NCBI GenBank assembly: GCA_020059915.1
Contig: JAGVBB010000004.1
Span: 2,910-66,909 of the forward strand
Source of the DNA: Minisyncoccota bacterium
GTDB lineage: Bacteria; Patescibacteriota; Minisyncoccia; UBA6257; GWB1-50-10
DNA length: 64,000 nt
Direction: 5' to 3'
Shown here: piece by piece, positions 1-9,326 of the stretch
How the letters are laid out: the number at the start of each line of letters is the position of its first letter
Numbering within the stretch: the first letter of the stretch is position 1
The notes under the pieces: model-generated
What the model was told of the DNA's origin: nothing
Databases searched by the model: none
What the model saw: only the letters and a program-made list of their open reading frames with translations
Translations under genes and position numbers: made by a program

Positions 1-1275
1 GAAATTGAAAAACAATACGGAAAGGACTATGTATTCCCTCGTGCATTCAAAACAAAAAGCAAGAGTGCGCAAGAAGCACACGAAGCAATCCGCCCAACAG
101 ACATAAGAAAACATCGCGCGGGAACCACAGAAGATCAATTAAAACTGTATCGATTGATTTGGGAACGTACTATTGCATCACAAATGGCAGATGCAAAAAT
201 AATACGCACAAAACTTTCTGCAAATATTGAAGATAATCCAATTCCTAACTTTTCGGTAAATGGTGCCCGTACTATTTTTGATGGGTGGCTTGCTGCTGAT
301 ATCACGGCACGTGGTGAAGAAATTGAACTCCCACATCTACCAGAAGGAGAACCACTTACACTTGTTTCAATTGAATCAGAAGAAAAAGCGACGGAACCAC
401 CAGCTCGATATACAGAAGCAGGTCTGGTAAAAGAACTAGAAAAAAGAGATATTGGAAGACCATCAACCTATGCCTCAATTATAAAAACACTTGAAGATCG
501 TGGATATGTCGAAAAGGTGAATAAAACCCTCCATCCAACAGATACAGGAGATGTCGTTAGTAGTTTTCTTGAACAATATTTTCCTAAATACGTAAGTGAC
601 TCATTTACTGCAGAAATGGAGCAGGAACTTGATGATGTCGCAAATGGAGTAAAAAACTATGAAAAGATTTTAAAGGACTTTTATGGACCATTTACCAAAG
701 ACATAAAATCAAATGATAAAATAGAAAAAATAACAAATCTGGGAGATGCAGAAGCGCATCTTATCTGCCCACTCTGTGATGGACCAATGATTGTAAAACT
801 TGGAAAAACGGGAAAATTTTTGAGTTGTAAACGGTTCCCCGATTGTATGGGCGCAAGAAAAATTGATGGGACAATCATGGAAGGGCCAAAAGAAACAGGA
901 GAAATCTGTCCAAAGTGTGGAAAGGGAAAACTTATTGAACGAGAAGGTCGTTTTGGAAAATTTATCTCGTGTGCCAATTATCCAAAATGTAAATTTATAA
1001 AAACAAGCGAAGAGGAGGAGGCAAAAAAGAAAACTGGCGTTATCTGTACAGAGTGTAAAAAGGGAGAATTAATGGAACGTCGTGGACGATTTGGTTTATT
1101 TTATAGCTGTTCAAATTATCCTGAGTGTAAACTTATCATCAAATCAAAACCAACAGGAAACATTTGTCCTGAATGTGCGTCACTGATGATGGAGGGAACA
1201 AAAACAATCCCAGAACGGTGTTCAAATAAAAAGTGTCCCAATCATAATCCGCATAAAATAAAGAAAGAAAAATAG
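1..1275 (+). CDS. topA: DNA topoisomerase I, 5'-truncated by the window edge
   Basis: Frame is open from base 1 (AQEAHEAIRPT); LEKRDIGRPSTYA motif; C-terminal C4 zinc-ribbon repeats. Confidence 0.95.
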   Translation, partial: EIEKQYGKDYVFPRAFKTKSKSAQEAHEAIRPTDIRKHRAGTTEDQLKLYRLIWERTIASQMADAKIIRTKLSANIEDNPIPNFSVNGARTIFDGWLAADITARGEEIELPHLPEGEPLTLVSIESEEKATEPPARYTEAGLVKELEKRDIGRPSTYASIIKTLEDRGYVEKVNKTLHPTDTGDVVSSFLEQYFPKYVSDSFTAEMEQELDDVANGVKNYEKILKDFYGPFTKDIKSNDKIEKITNLGDAEAHLICPLCDGPMIVKLGKTGKFLSCKRFPDCMGARKIDGTIMEGPKETGEICPKCGKGKLIEREGRFGKFISCANYPKCKFIKTSEEEEAKKKTGVICTECKKGELMERRGRFGLFYSCSNYPECKLIIKSKPTGNICPECASLMMEGTKTIPERCSNKKCPNHNPHKIKKEK

Positions 1276-1284
1276 AAAAAACAT

Positions 1285-1313
1285 AAAAAATCCTTATTTT
1301 ATAAGGATTTTTT
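1285..1313. terminator. Intrinsic terminator after topA, probably bidirectional
   Basis: AAAAAATCCTTAT-ttt-ATAAGGATTTTTT hairpin with A/T tails. Confidence 0.7.
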
Positions 1314-1339
1314 ATCCCTCGAAAAAAGCTATAATGATG

Positions 1340-1429
1340 TAACTATTTTGGAATATCGCGCAGTCCCAGTAGTGGGACGAGCGGAAAGAAATTTTTCAGC
1401 AGAAAAATATTCTGGTTCCAAAATAGTTA
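1340..1429. repeat. Structured palindromic element (14-bp closing stem plus two inner hairpins)
   Basis: TAACTATTTTGGAA (1340-1353) / TTCCAAAATAGTTA (1416-1429) perfect inverted repeat enclosing GTCCCA-gtag-TGGGAC and ATTTTTC-agca-GAAAAAT. Confidence 0.7.
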
Positions 1430-1438
1430 GATTATTAA

Positions 1439-2203
1439 TTATGCTGTCAAAACCTCATATCCCTTCTCCGTTATCGCTACAGTATGTTCAAAATGTGCAC
1501 TCAAGCTCCCATCTTTTGTTACAAAACTGTCATCTTTTTTTAAAGTAGCTAATGCACTCCCCAAAGAAAACATTGGTTCAATTGCAATAACTAATCCTGA
1601 TACTAATTTCATTCCCGTTCCCCTCTTCCCCCTATTAAAAACACTTGGGTCTTCATGAAGTTCAAATCCAACTCCATGTCCCGTGAGTCCCTCGATAACT
1701 GACATGCCTGATTTTTTTGCAACCGATTCAACAGCAAAACCAATGTCACCCAATGTGTTTCCAGGAACACATTCGGAAATTGCCTTTTGTAAAGACATCT
1801 GAGTGGCAACAAGAAGTTCTTTTGCTTCTTGTGAAATCTTTCCGATTGGCACGGTAATTGCTCCATCGGTGATATATCCCTTAAATGTAACACCAAGATC
1901 AACCGAAAGAATATCTCCATCCTTTAGCTGATAATTACCCGGTATTCCATGAACAATAGTTTCATTCACTGATGCACAAATTGATGCCGGATATGGTTTG
2001 TTGAGTCCCTCCGGCGTATATCCAAGAAATGTCGGAACACCCCCCTCTTCAAGAATATGTACACGTGCCAAGTCATCAAGATACTTCAACCGAACTCCTG
2101 CTTTTGCTTCCCCCGCAAGTAATTGAAGTGTACGAGAAAGAATCTTCCCCGATATACGAAGAAATTCCAGATCCTTTTTGGTTTTTAATCGAATTGAATC
2201 CAT
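1439..2203 (-). CDS. map: Methionine aminopeptidase type I
   Basis: SVNETIVHGIP, DGAIT, GHGVG...HEDP, AIEPM and SAHFEHT motifs. Confidence 0.95.
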   Translation of the reverse strand: MDSIRLKTKKDLEFLRISGKILSRTLQLLAGEAKAGVRLKYLDDLARVHILEEGGVPTFLGYTPEGLNKPYPASICASVNETIVHGIPGNYQLKDGDILSVDLGVTFKGYITDGAITVPIGKISQEAKELLVATQMSLQKAISECVPGNTLGDIGFAVESVAKKSGMSVIEGLTGHGVGFELHEDPSVFNRGKRGTGMKLVSGLVIAIEPMFSLGSALATLKKDDSFVTKDGSLSAHFEHTVAITEKGYEVLTA

Positions 2204-2883
2204 TATCTGAGTTTCAATGTTCTCTCAACTGATTTAAAAATTTCAAACGGAAGTTTTTCTGCCTTAATTGTTTTCACTGTATATCCTCGTTTTTTTAATT
2301 CTTTAATAATGGGGAACGTCCGTGTTTTATATTGTACTAAACGATCTTTAATAATTTCTGGCTTATCAAGCGTTCTCGTTCTCATAGATCCACCACACAA
2401 ACCACAATGATTCGTTTTTGCAGATTCCAAAAGTGGAAGTCCACATACGGAACAAACTTTTCTATTGCTATTTCTAAATATTGAAACTGACCCTGCCACA
2501 GTAAACAAAATAATACTCACATTTCCCTTTCCAAAATGTTTTTCCAAACTATCAAACAATCCTTTTGTCTTGTGATCTCCAAACGCCTCAAATAATGTCC
2601 GTGGCGCTCCCGAAAATACTAGATTGAATCCCGACTTTGCAACACGAACTGCCTCATCACGAGTAACTTTCAAAACCCAATCCGGGGTACACAAAATTCC
2701 TGTATCAAAATTTTTTCGCTCTCGCATCAAGATGGGATCTTTTTTTGCCTCATCTGAATGCACTAATGCTTCAATGTAGCGCCCTGAATCAAAATGAATG
2801 AAATCATATTTCCGCACCAAAAGTTCCGCCTGTGTTCCTTTTCCCGAACCTGGTGGTCCATATAAAATTACAACTCTAGACAT
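2203..2883 (-). CDS. adk: Adenylate kinase family nucleoside monophosphate kinase
   Basis: GPPGSGKGTQA P-loop, Zn-type LID (CSVC...CGLC), adjacent to map; start moved to ATG 2883, 6 nt after TATAAT. Confidence 0.85.
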   Translation of the reverse strand: MSRVVILYGPPGSGKGTQAELLVRKYDFIHFDSGRYIEALVHSDEAKKDPILMRERKNFDTGILCTPDWVLKVTRDEAVRVAKSGFNLVFSGAPRTLFEAFGDHKTKGLFDSLEKHFGKGNVSIILFTVAGSVSIFRNSNRKVCSVCGLPLLESAKTNHCGLCGGSMRTRTLDKPEIIKDRLVQYKTRTFPIIKELKKRGYTVKTIKAEKLPFEIFKSVERTLKLR

Positions 2884-3001
2884 ATGTCTATTATAACAAG
2901 CAAAGCGAGGAAAATGTAAGGGAATACATTTTCCGAGCACGCGAAGTTACAAGCGAAGCGCCATAAACGCGAAAATTAAAAACTCAAAGAGATAACACCT
3001 C

Positions 3002-3877
3002 CTACATTCTAAAAAATAATCTCACTCTTTTTTCAACAACATCCTCAATAGCGTTTAATAATTCCGGCATTATTTTTGACGGAGCAATTTCCATGGGATG
3101 TTCGCGCAAAACCGCTTCAAGCTTCGTTCTCCAAACATATCTAAGTTCTGTTGAAATATGAATGATAGACACTCCCGCATTAATTGCTGCAATAAAATCG
3201 TCATCAGAAACACCAGAACCACCATGTAATACAAGTGATGCAGATATCTCATGTTTCATACTTTTAATGCGTTCACTATCGATATGAGGATTTTTCATAT
3301 TCGCATACATACCATGAACATTCCCTACTGCGGGAGCAAGTAGATCAACACCAGTTTCAAGAACAAATCGTTTTGCGCTCTCCACAGAAGTAAGTTGGTC
3401 GGGACCAATTTCTGCACCATCAGGAATTTTTTCAAAAATTTGTGAAGATGAACCGATATATCCAAGCTCACCCTCAATGACAATATCTGGATTTATAGAT
3501 CGAGCGACACGTACTGCCTCTTTGGTGAGTCTTATGTTTTCTTCTATAGGAAGTTTGCCCCCATCAAAAAGCACTGCATCAAAACCTGCCCGTACCGCTT
3601 CTTCTATTTTTTCCAACGAATGCGTGTGATCTGCGTTGAGATATAAATGAAATCCACCTTCCTTTCCATAAATTTTATTGTAACTTGCTACAAAATCGGC
3701 AACATGCTGTGTTCCCAAATATTCACGTTCGCCCTCAGAAACACCAATAATTAATGGGACATTGAGTTTAATACCGACATTAGCAATCGCCTTGAGTTGC
3801 TCAAGATTCCCGATATTAAAATGCCCAATCGCGATCTTCTTTTGTTCTGCCTCTTTTATATATTCAATAAATTTCAT
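3002..3877 (-). CDS. fba: Class II fructose-bisphosphate aldolase
   Basis: NADH, EGELG, AVGNVHG and LVLHGGSG motifs. Confidence 0.9.
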   Translation of the reverse strand: MKFIEYIKEAEQKKIAIGHFNIGNLEQLKAIANVGIKLNVPLIIGVSEGEREYLGTQHVADFVASYNKIYGKEGGFHLYLNADHTHSLEKIEEAVRAGFDAVLFDGGKLPIEENIRLTKEAVRVARSINPDIVIEGELGYIGSSSQIFEKIPDGAEIGPDQLTSVESAKRFVLETGVDLLAPAVGNVHGMYANMKNPHIDSERIKSMKHEISASLVLHGGSGVSDDDFIAAINAGVSIIHISTELRYVWRTKLEAVLREHPMEIAPSKIMPELLNAIEDVVEKRVRLFFRM

Positions 3878-3882
3878 AATAA

Positions 3883-5136
3883 TTAAATTTCAAAATATCC
3901 TCTTAATAAATTTCTTCTTGCATATTTTTCAAGTTCATCAACAGAAAAATATTCAATAAATATTTTATTCCAAAGTGCTTCTTGTTGGTGGTATAAGTAC
4001 TTGATCATCTCTTTTTGTTTTATCAAGCTCATTACTGTGTCTACCAAATCAAAGCTGACTAATACCTCACTTCCAACATCATCTCTGAAATAATTACCAA
4101 CCCAATCGAAATCCTTCCAAAAATGAAGTTCTTTTCCAGAATATCCAAGTGCCACCCCCAATTTTGAAAGATCTTCCTCGGCGCGGAGCCAGTGTAATGC
4201 CTCTGGGTTAATTCGAGGGACAAACAATCTCCAATCATTTTCATCATCTTTTGCTAAATATCTCTGTACAACGAGAAAACGCATCTTTTCGTCTACTACA
4301 AGTTTTTGATCAAATACATCTCCCCGTAATAAGGAAAGTAAATTATGCGCAAACGTCTTTGGTTCCTTGGTAAGTTCCTTAACAATTTCCGAATAAAAAG
4401 GAATTTCATGAGTATAATGAAACACCAAACTGAATGTGCGCAATGTTTCTCCCGAAATACCCAAAGAAATTGGTATAACAAATATAGAACCAAACTCTTT
4501 CAAGTGACTCACATTATGCCACTTCTTTTCAACAAAATTACGGGCATATGTCCCCCATTTTTCTGATAATACTCTAATTTCCACAGGACGTTCTTCAAAG
4601 TCGTCAGGAGTGAGAACCTCATACTGTCTAAAGAAGCGCTCATTAAGCCACTCACTTCCCTCAATAAATCGAAGCGCACTCATGATCTCAAACAAATCCT
4701 CCTTTTGAACCAGGTCTATAGGATTGTCATACCCTAAAAATTCCATAACTTTTCGAGGTGGTTCATTATATAAAAACTGTGTAAGTTTTTCCTTTTTGAT
4801 AAAATATCCTTTCGGTATATCCGCAACCTCTTTTACCTTTTCAACTATTGATATGAAATCTGTTCCAGAATTGTCTCCATTGATAGCTTTTTTTAAATCT
4901 GCATCATGATCTTCAACGGTTCGTATAAGTGAATCAAAAACATCCTTTGCTCGTGCATTCCTTGAAAGACCAAATTTTTTTAATCGTTCATCAATCTTTT
5001 CCTCATTCAAAAACATGATTTTTGAAAGGACTCCTCGTTTCCCGGTACGATGTTCTAAATGTTTTTCGAGTGCAATAATATCGTCTTTGTCACAACGCAA
5101 AATACGTGCAATGGTATCGTAAGCTTTATGTTCCAT
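3883..5136 (-). CDS. Hypothetical protein (417 aa) co-transcribed with sugar-metabolism genes
   Basis: Long ORF packed between pfkB and fba with 2-5 nt gaps; no motif I recognise. Confidence 0.8.
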   Translation of the reverse strand: MEHKAYDTIARILRCDKDDIIALEKHLEHRTGKRGVLSKIMFLNEEKIDERLKKFGLSRNARAKDVFDSLIRTVEDHDADLKKAINGDNSGTDFISIVEKVKEVADIPKGYFIKKEKLTQFLYNEPPRKVMEFLGYDNPIDLVQKEDLFEIMSALRFIEGSEWLNERFFRQYEVLTPDDFEERPVEIRVLSEKWGTYARNFVEKKWHNVSHLKEFGSIFVIPISLGISGETLRTFSLVFHYTHEIPFYSEIVKELTKEPKTFAHNLLSLLRGDVFDQKLVVDEKMRFLVVQRYLAKDDENDWRLFVPRINPEALHWLRAEEDLSKLGVALGYSGKELHFWKDFDWVGNYFRDDVGSEVLVSFDLVDTVMSLIKQKEMIKYLYHQQEALWNKIFIEYFSVDELEKYARRNLLRGYFEI

Positions 5137-5138
5137 GA

Positions 5139-6140
5139 TTATGAATGCAATGAATCAACGTCCATATCGACATAATTCCATCGTGGCGAAGAAAAATCTT
5201 TTTTTGAAAGAATGCCATCTTGTGCTCCAAGATGTTCTACCACCGAGGTTGCATTTGCTGATGCCAAACGAAGTGCATAGCCAATATCATTTTTTTGAAT
5301 AAACCCAGCAACAAACCCAGCACCAAAAGCATCTCCTGCACCAGTACGATCAACGAGCTTCTTCTCTTTACACGGCAATGATTTGTACATCATGCGACCG
5401 TCGGAAACAAACGCACCACGGGGGCCATCTGTTAACACAGCAATTCCTGGAATCATCGCATCAAATGCCTTGAATATTTCTTTCATTTTTTCATAGGACT
5501 TATCGGTGATTTTTGCACCTTCTTCTCGATTTGCAATCACTATATCTGCATATCTGCAAATATTCTTAAGTGCACTCATCTCGTTCTTGATATAGTGTCC
5601 GGATGGATTGAATGCAATATTGGTATGCTCTTTTTTTAGTTTTTTTACCAAATTCAAAATTACTGTTGGAGAAATTTGTCCGGGAGCAATATACCACCAC
5701 TTTGCTTTTACTGCAGGAATATCTTTTGCAGAAAAATCTGTCGAAGCACCTCGCGATACGAGAATTGTTCGTTCGCCCGTTGGAGACAAAAGTATAACAG
5801 AAGTATCTAATTGTTTTTTTGAGTATGTTTTAGTAAGAAATTTAATTTTTTCTTTCTTTAAACGCTCTTGTACGAACTTTGTATTCAGATCCATCCCAAT
5901 TTTTCCAACAAATCCAACCTGAAACCCCTGACGTGCAAACGTAACCCCAGCATTTGTAGCATCACCACCAACAAACTGCGAAAGGGCATCAACATACAGC
6001 TTTGATCCTAAAGAAAAGCACTCAGCATTTCCTGTAGGAAATTCTTTTTTGGGAAGACTGGGATTGTGAAATGGTTTGAATAGATTGCTTTCTAAAAATA
6101 AATCAACAGTAATTGTTCCCAAGGTTATCACATCGAGCAT
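5139..6140 (-). CDS. PfkB/ribokinase-family carbohydrate kinase
   Basis: GGDATN N-terminal motif and DRTGAGDAFGAGF signature. Confidence 0.9.
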   Translation of the reverse strand: MLDVITLGTITVDLFLESNLFKPFHNPSLPKKEFPTGNAECFSLGSKLYVDALSQFVGGDATNAGVTFARQGFQVGFVGKIGMDLNTKFVQERLKKEKIKFLTKTYSKKQLDTSVILLSPTGERTILVSRGASTDFSAKDIPAVKAKWWYIAPGQISPTVILNLVKKLKKEHTNIAFNPSGHYIKNEMSALKNICRYADIVIANREEGAKITDKSYEKMKEIFKAFDAMIPGIAVLTDGPRGAFVSDGRMMYKSLPCKEKKLVDRTGAGDAFGAGFVAGFIQKNDIGYALRLASANATSVVEHLGAQDGILSKKDFSSPRWNYVDMDVDSLHS

Positions 6141-6239
6141 ATATAAACAGTATATAGGGTTTTCAGTATAGGGTATAGGTTCTAGGGGGTTAGCGACTCG
6201 AACATCAAGAAAACCTTGGTTTTATGCGGGTTTTTACTC

Positions 6240-6297
6240 TTGCCAAATAATAGAAAATATGATAAAATATTCCTATCATTAACAATTTGAGGTAATC
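6240..6297 (+). promoter_or_regulatory. Cassette leader: sigma70 promoter, boxA-like motif, SD
   Basis: TTGCCA-17-TAAAAT (6240-6268), TATCATTAACAA (6274-6285), GAGG before ATG 6298. Confidence 0.7.
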
Positions 6298-6792
6298 ATG
6301 AACTGCGACAAAGATTCTTTAGTAGAAGGATCATTTGAAGTATTTTTTTGGATAATCTTTAGTATAATTTGGGTGATTCTCAGTATCATTGTTATGGGAA
6401 TATATCAGTATCTCGCTGGAGATAATGTGTTTCCATTAACAGAATCAAGTATTTTCTTTGGTACACCAATTGCAATTTTAGCATTTATAACGATAGTTAT
6501 GAAAAAATTGGCAAAAAGCCCTTCTCCACACATGTTTCAGGGCGCTTATAAAAAAACGGCAAGAGTTCTTTCTTTTATTTTGATGTGGGTATTTCTTCCA
6601 ATAATACTGAATTTATTTTCGATATTCACAAAATTTCTAGGCCTCACCTACTTATCAAATTTATTATTCGGTCTACGATACAGATCTTTGTTTCTATTAC
6701 CAATAATTATAGTTTTCTATTTTATAGCAAAACATTGTATAAAAAAGAAATTTCCTAATTTTCTACGAAACAATAAAAAAACGGATGGATAA
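6298..6792 (+). CDS. Hypothetical integral membrane protein (about 4 TM)
   Basis: 164-aa hydrophobic ORF with its own promoter and SD. Confidence 0.75.
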   Translation: MNCDKDSLVEGSFEVFFWIIFSIIWVILSIIVMGIYQYLAGDNVFPLTESSIFFGTPIAILAFITIVMKKLAKSPSPHMFQGAYKKTARVLSFILMWVFLPIILNLFSIFTKFLGLTYLSNLLFGLRYRSLFLLPIIIVFYFIAKHCIKKKFPNFLRNNKKTDG

Positions 6793-7075
6793 AATGAAAT
6801 ATCTTTTAACACTTTTATTTATTGGATTATTTCTGGTCGCTGTAAAAACTCTACTCTGCCCAGATAATAGAGATATGGGAAGGCGACAATGGATTGTTGT
6901 TAAGGAAATAGAAGACAATAATCTGACGGCAAAAATACTGACCACAAAAGAACTTTTTACTATTCAAACGGATTTACCAGAAAATCTTTTAATCAATTTT
7001 AAAAATTGCAGCACAAAAGATTTTCAAATTGGAGATACTATTATGTTTGTAAAGTTAAGAGCACCCGCCAAATAG
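6785..7075 (+). CDS. Hypothetical protein with N-terminal hydrophobic segment
   Basis: 96-aa ORF overlapping the previous stop; followed by a CCCGCC/GGCGGG terminator. Confidence 0.65.
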   Translation: MDKMKYLLTLLFIGLFLVAVKTLLCPDNRDMGRRQWIVVKEIEDNNLTAKILTTKELFTIQTDLPENLLINFKNCSTKDFQIGDTIMFVKLRAPAK

Positions 7076-7167
7076 GCGGGATTTTTATTAAAAATAAATA
7101 AAGCTAAAAAGAGACTAGATCTCAAAAGTCTCTTTTTGGTTTTGTTTATCTTTTAAAACCCAATCCC

Positions 7168-8157
7168 CTAAACCCTAGTCACTACCTTTTTCACCGCCTC
7201 CTTTATGTCCTTTATCCCCAGCCCATATTTTTCAAAAAGTTCGTTTGGCTTTCCCGATTCTCCGAATGAGTCTCTGACCCCTACAAACTCTTGTGGTACT
7301 GGATAATTCATCGCAAGCACTTCAGCAACAGCGCTCCCCAATCCACCCGCTATTTGATGCTCTTCCGCGGTGACCACGCATTTTGTCTTCTTCGCGTACG
7401 AAATAATCGTTTTTGAATCAATAGGTTTTATTGTGTGCATATTTATTACTATCGACCCAATCCCCTCCTTCTCTAATTCTTCCGCTGCAAATAACGATTG
7501 TGCCACCATAGTGCCACATGCAATAATGGTAACTTTTGGTTTTTTTGATTCCCACAAAACATCTGCCTTTCCTGGAATAAATGGAGTTTCCTCGGTAGTG
7601 ATAAGTGGAGATGGATCACGTGCAAGACGAATATATCCACCACCAGAAATATGTATCATCGCCTTTGTTGCCTTTTTTGCCTCAATTGAATCACAAGGAA
7701 CAAATACAGTCATATGGGGAAGCACTCGCATCATTGCAATATCTTCAAGCGCCTGGTGTGTTGCACCATCAGGACCGGTCATAAGTCCCGCATGATGCCC
7801 TGCAATATTTACATTGACATTGTTATAACAAACTGTGGTACGTATCTGTTCCCAATTTCTTCCCGGAGAAAAAACCGCATATGAGGTAACAAAAGGAATC
7901 TTTCCCGAAACCGCAAGCCCAGCAGCAATCGTTACCATATTTTGTTCTGCAACTCCAACTTCAAAAAATCGTTCCGGAAATTGTTTTGCAAATTCATCAA
8001 CTCGAGTTGATTCTTTTAAGTCCGCGGTGAGTGCTACCACACGTTCATTCTCTTTTCCTAATTCTACTAACGCATCACCAAATCCATCTCGGATAGGAGC
8101 CATATCTGGAGCCTGAGAAAATAATTTGGTATTTAGTTTTTGGTTCTCATTTATCAT
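7168..8157 (-). CDS. tkt: Transketolase, C-terminal (pyrimidine-binding) subunit
   Basis: GVAEQNM, GPDGATHQ and EEHQIAGGLG motifs. Confidence 0.92.
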   Translation of the reverse strand: MINENQKLNTKLFSQAPDMAPIRDGFGDALVELGKENERVVALTADLKESTRVDEFAKQFPERFFEVGVAEQNMVTIAAGLAVSGKIPFVTSYAVFSPGRNWEQIRTTVCYNNVNVNIAGHHAGLMTGPDGATHQALEDIAMMRVLPHMTVFVPCDSIEAKKATKAMIHISGGGYIRLARDPSPLITTEETPFIPGKADVLWESKKPKVTIIACGTMVAQSLFAAEELEKEGIGSIVINMHTIKPIDSKTIISYAKKTKCVVTAEEHQIAGGLGSAVAEVLAMNYPVPQEFVGVRDSFGESGKPNELFEKYGLGIKDIKEAVKKVVTRV

Positions 8158-8273
8158 AAAATCTAATATCTAATCCCTAAATCCTAAACAATATCAAATG
8201 TTCTAAATTCTAAACTTTTTTAATATTCGAATTTTGTATTTGTTTAGAGTTTAGTATTTAGTGCTTAGAGTTT
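8158..8273. repeat. Imperfect heptamer-repeat hairpin element between the two tkt genes
   Basis: Left arm of CTAA-periodic heptamers (ATCTAAT ATCTAAT CCCTAAA TCCTAAA...) and complementary right arm (TTTAGAG TTTAGTA TTTAGTG CTTAGAG). Confidence 0.7.
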
Positions 8274-8277
8274 TTTA

Positions 8278-9132
8278 TTATTCGTGTGAAATTTTATTCC
8301 CAAGCGACCTAATCTCATGGATTGCTTCCTCTGCCTCTTTCTTATTGGGGACCTTTCCATGCCATGTATAATTTTTTTCCATAAACTGAACTCCTTTACC
8401 TGGAATTGTATGTGCAATAATTACTGTTGGTTTTTCAAACACCGATTGTGCCTCAAGTACTGCATAAATAAATTCTTCAATATTGTGTCCGTTTACATCA
8501 ATAACATTCCAACCAAATGCCTCGTATTTTTTTCTCAGTGACTCAAGCGGCATCACGTCTTCTGTAAATCCATCAATCTGAATATTGTTCCTATCAATGA
8601 TAGTAGTTAGATTTGATAGCTTCTTTTTTCCTGCAAACATAACTGCCTCCCACGTATTTCCTTCTTGATGTTCACCATCAGACATAAGGCAGTATATTCT
8701 GTTTTTCTTTTTATCAAGTGACAGCCCCAGTGCCAACCCAATTGATTGTGAAAGCCCAGAACCTAATGGACCAGACGTTGTTTCCACACCAGGGAGCGAT
8801 CCACGATGTGGATGTCCTTGGAGTCGAGAATCTATTTTACGAAGCGTGAGTAGCTCTGTAATGGGGAAATAACCAGCGAGAGCGAGTGAAACATACTGTA
8901 CGGGGCAAATATGTCCATTGGATAGAATTAGATGGTCACGCCCATCCCAAAGAGGTTTTTTTGGATCATGCGTTAAAATGTGAAAATATAATGAAGAAAA
9001 AATATCAGCCATTCCCAGTGGTCCGGCCGAATGCCCCGATCCAGCATGTAATAATGATTCTATAACAAGTTCACGGATGCGATCTGCAACCGTATATAAA
9101 TGTTTAATCTTTTTTTCTGAAAGCAGTTCCAC
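8278..9132 (-). CDS. tkt: Transketolase, N-terminal (TPP-binding) subunit
   Basis: SGH, LSNGH, LQGHP, GPLGSG and SDGEHQEG motifs; GTG start. Confidence 0.92.
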   Translation of the reverse strand: MELLSEKKIKHLYTVADRIRELVIESLLHAGSGHSAGPLGMADIFSSLYFHILTHDPKKPLWDGRDHLILSNGHICPVQYVSLALAGYFPITELLTLRKIDSRLQGHPHRGSLPGVETTSGPLGSGLSQSIGLALGLSLDKKKNRIYCLMSDGEHQEGNTWEAVMFAGKKKLSNLTTIIDRNNIQIDGFTEDVMPLESLRKKYEAFGWNVIDVNGHNIEEFIYAVLEAQSVFEKPTVIIAHTIPGKGVQFMEKNYTWHGKVPNKKEAEEAIHEIRSLGNKISHE

Positions 9133-9326
9133 TCCTTTTATTATAACGCATCATAAGTTAAATGTGTGTATAAAAATGAAAATCCCCTAAACTATGTTTA
9201 GGGTTTAAATCCGTCCCCCACCGTTAACGAAGTATCATAATAACAAAAATTTTAAGATTTTAGTTGCAATTTTGAGATTTGAGTTTTGCGCTTTGACTTT
9301 AAAAAAAATCCCCTAAGGGGGATTTT

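Noticed and set aside
6186-6206. tRNA fragment or att site (minus strand GTTCGAGTC...CCCC)
   Set aside because: No complete T-stem or cloverleaf; overlaps heptamer repeats and is probably chance
9200-9225. tRNA-like 3' half (GGGTTTAAATCCGTCCCCCACC)
   Set aside because: Lacks the TTC T-loop and any matching 5' half
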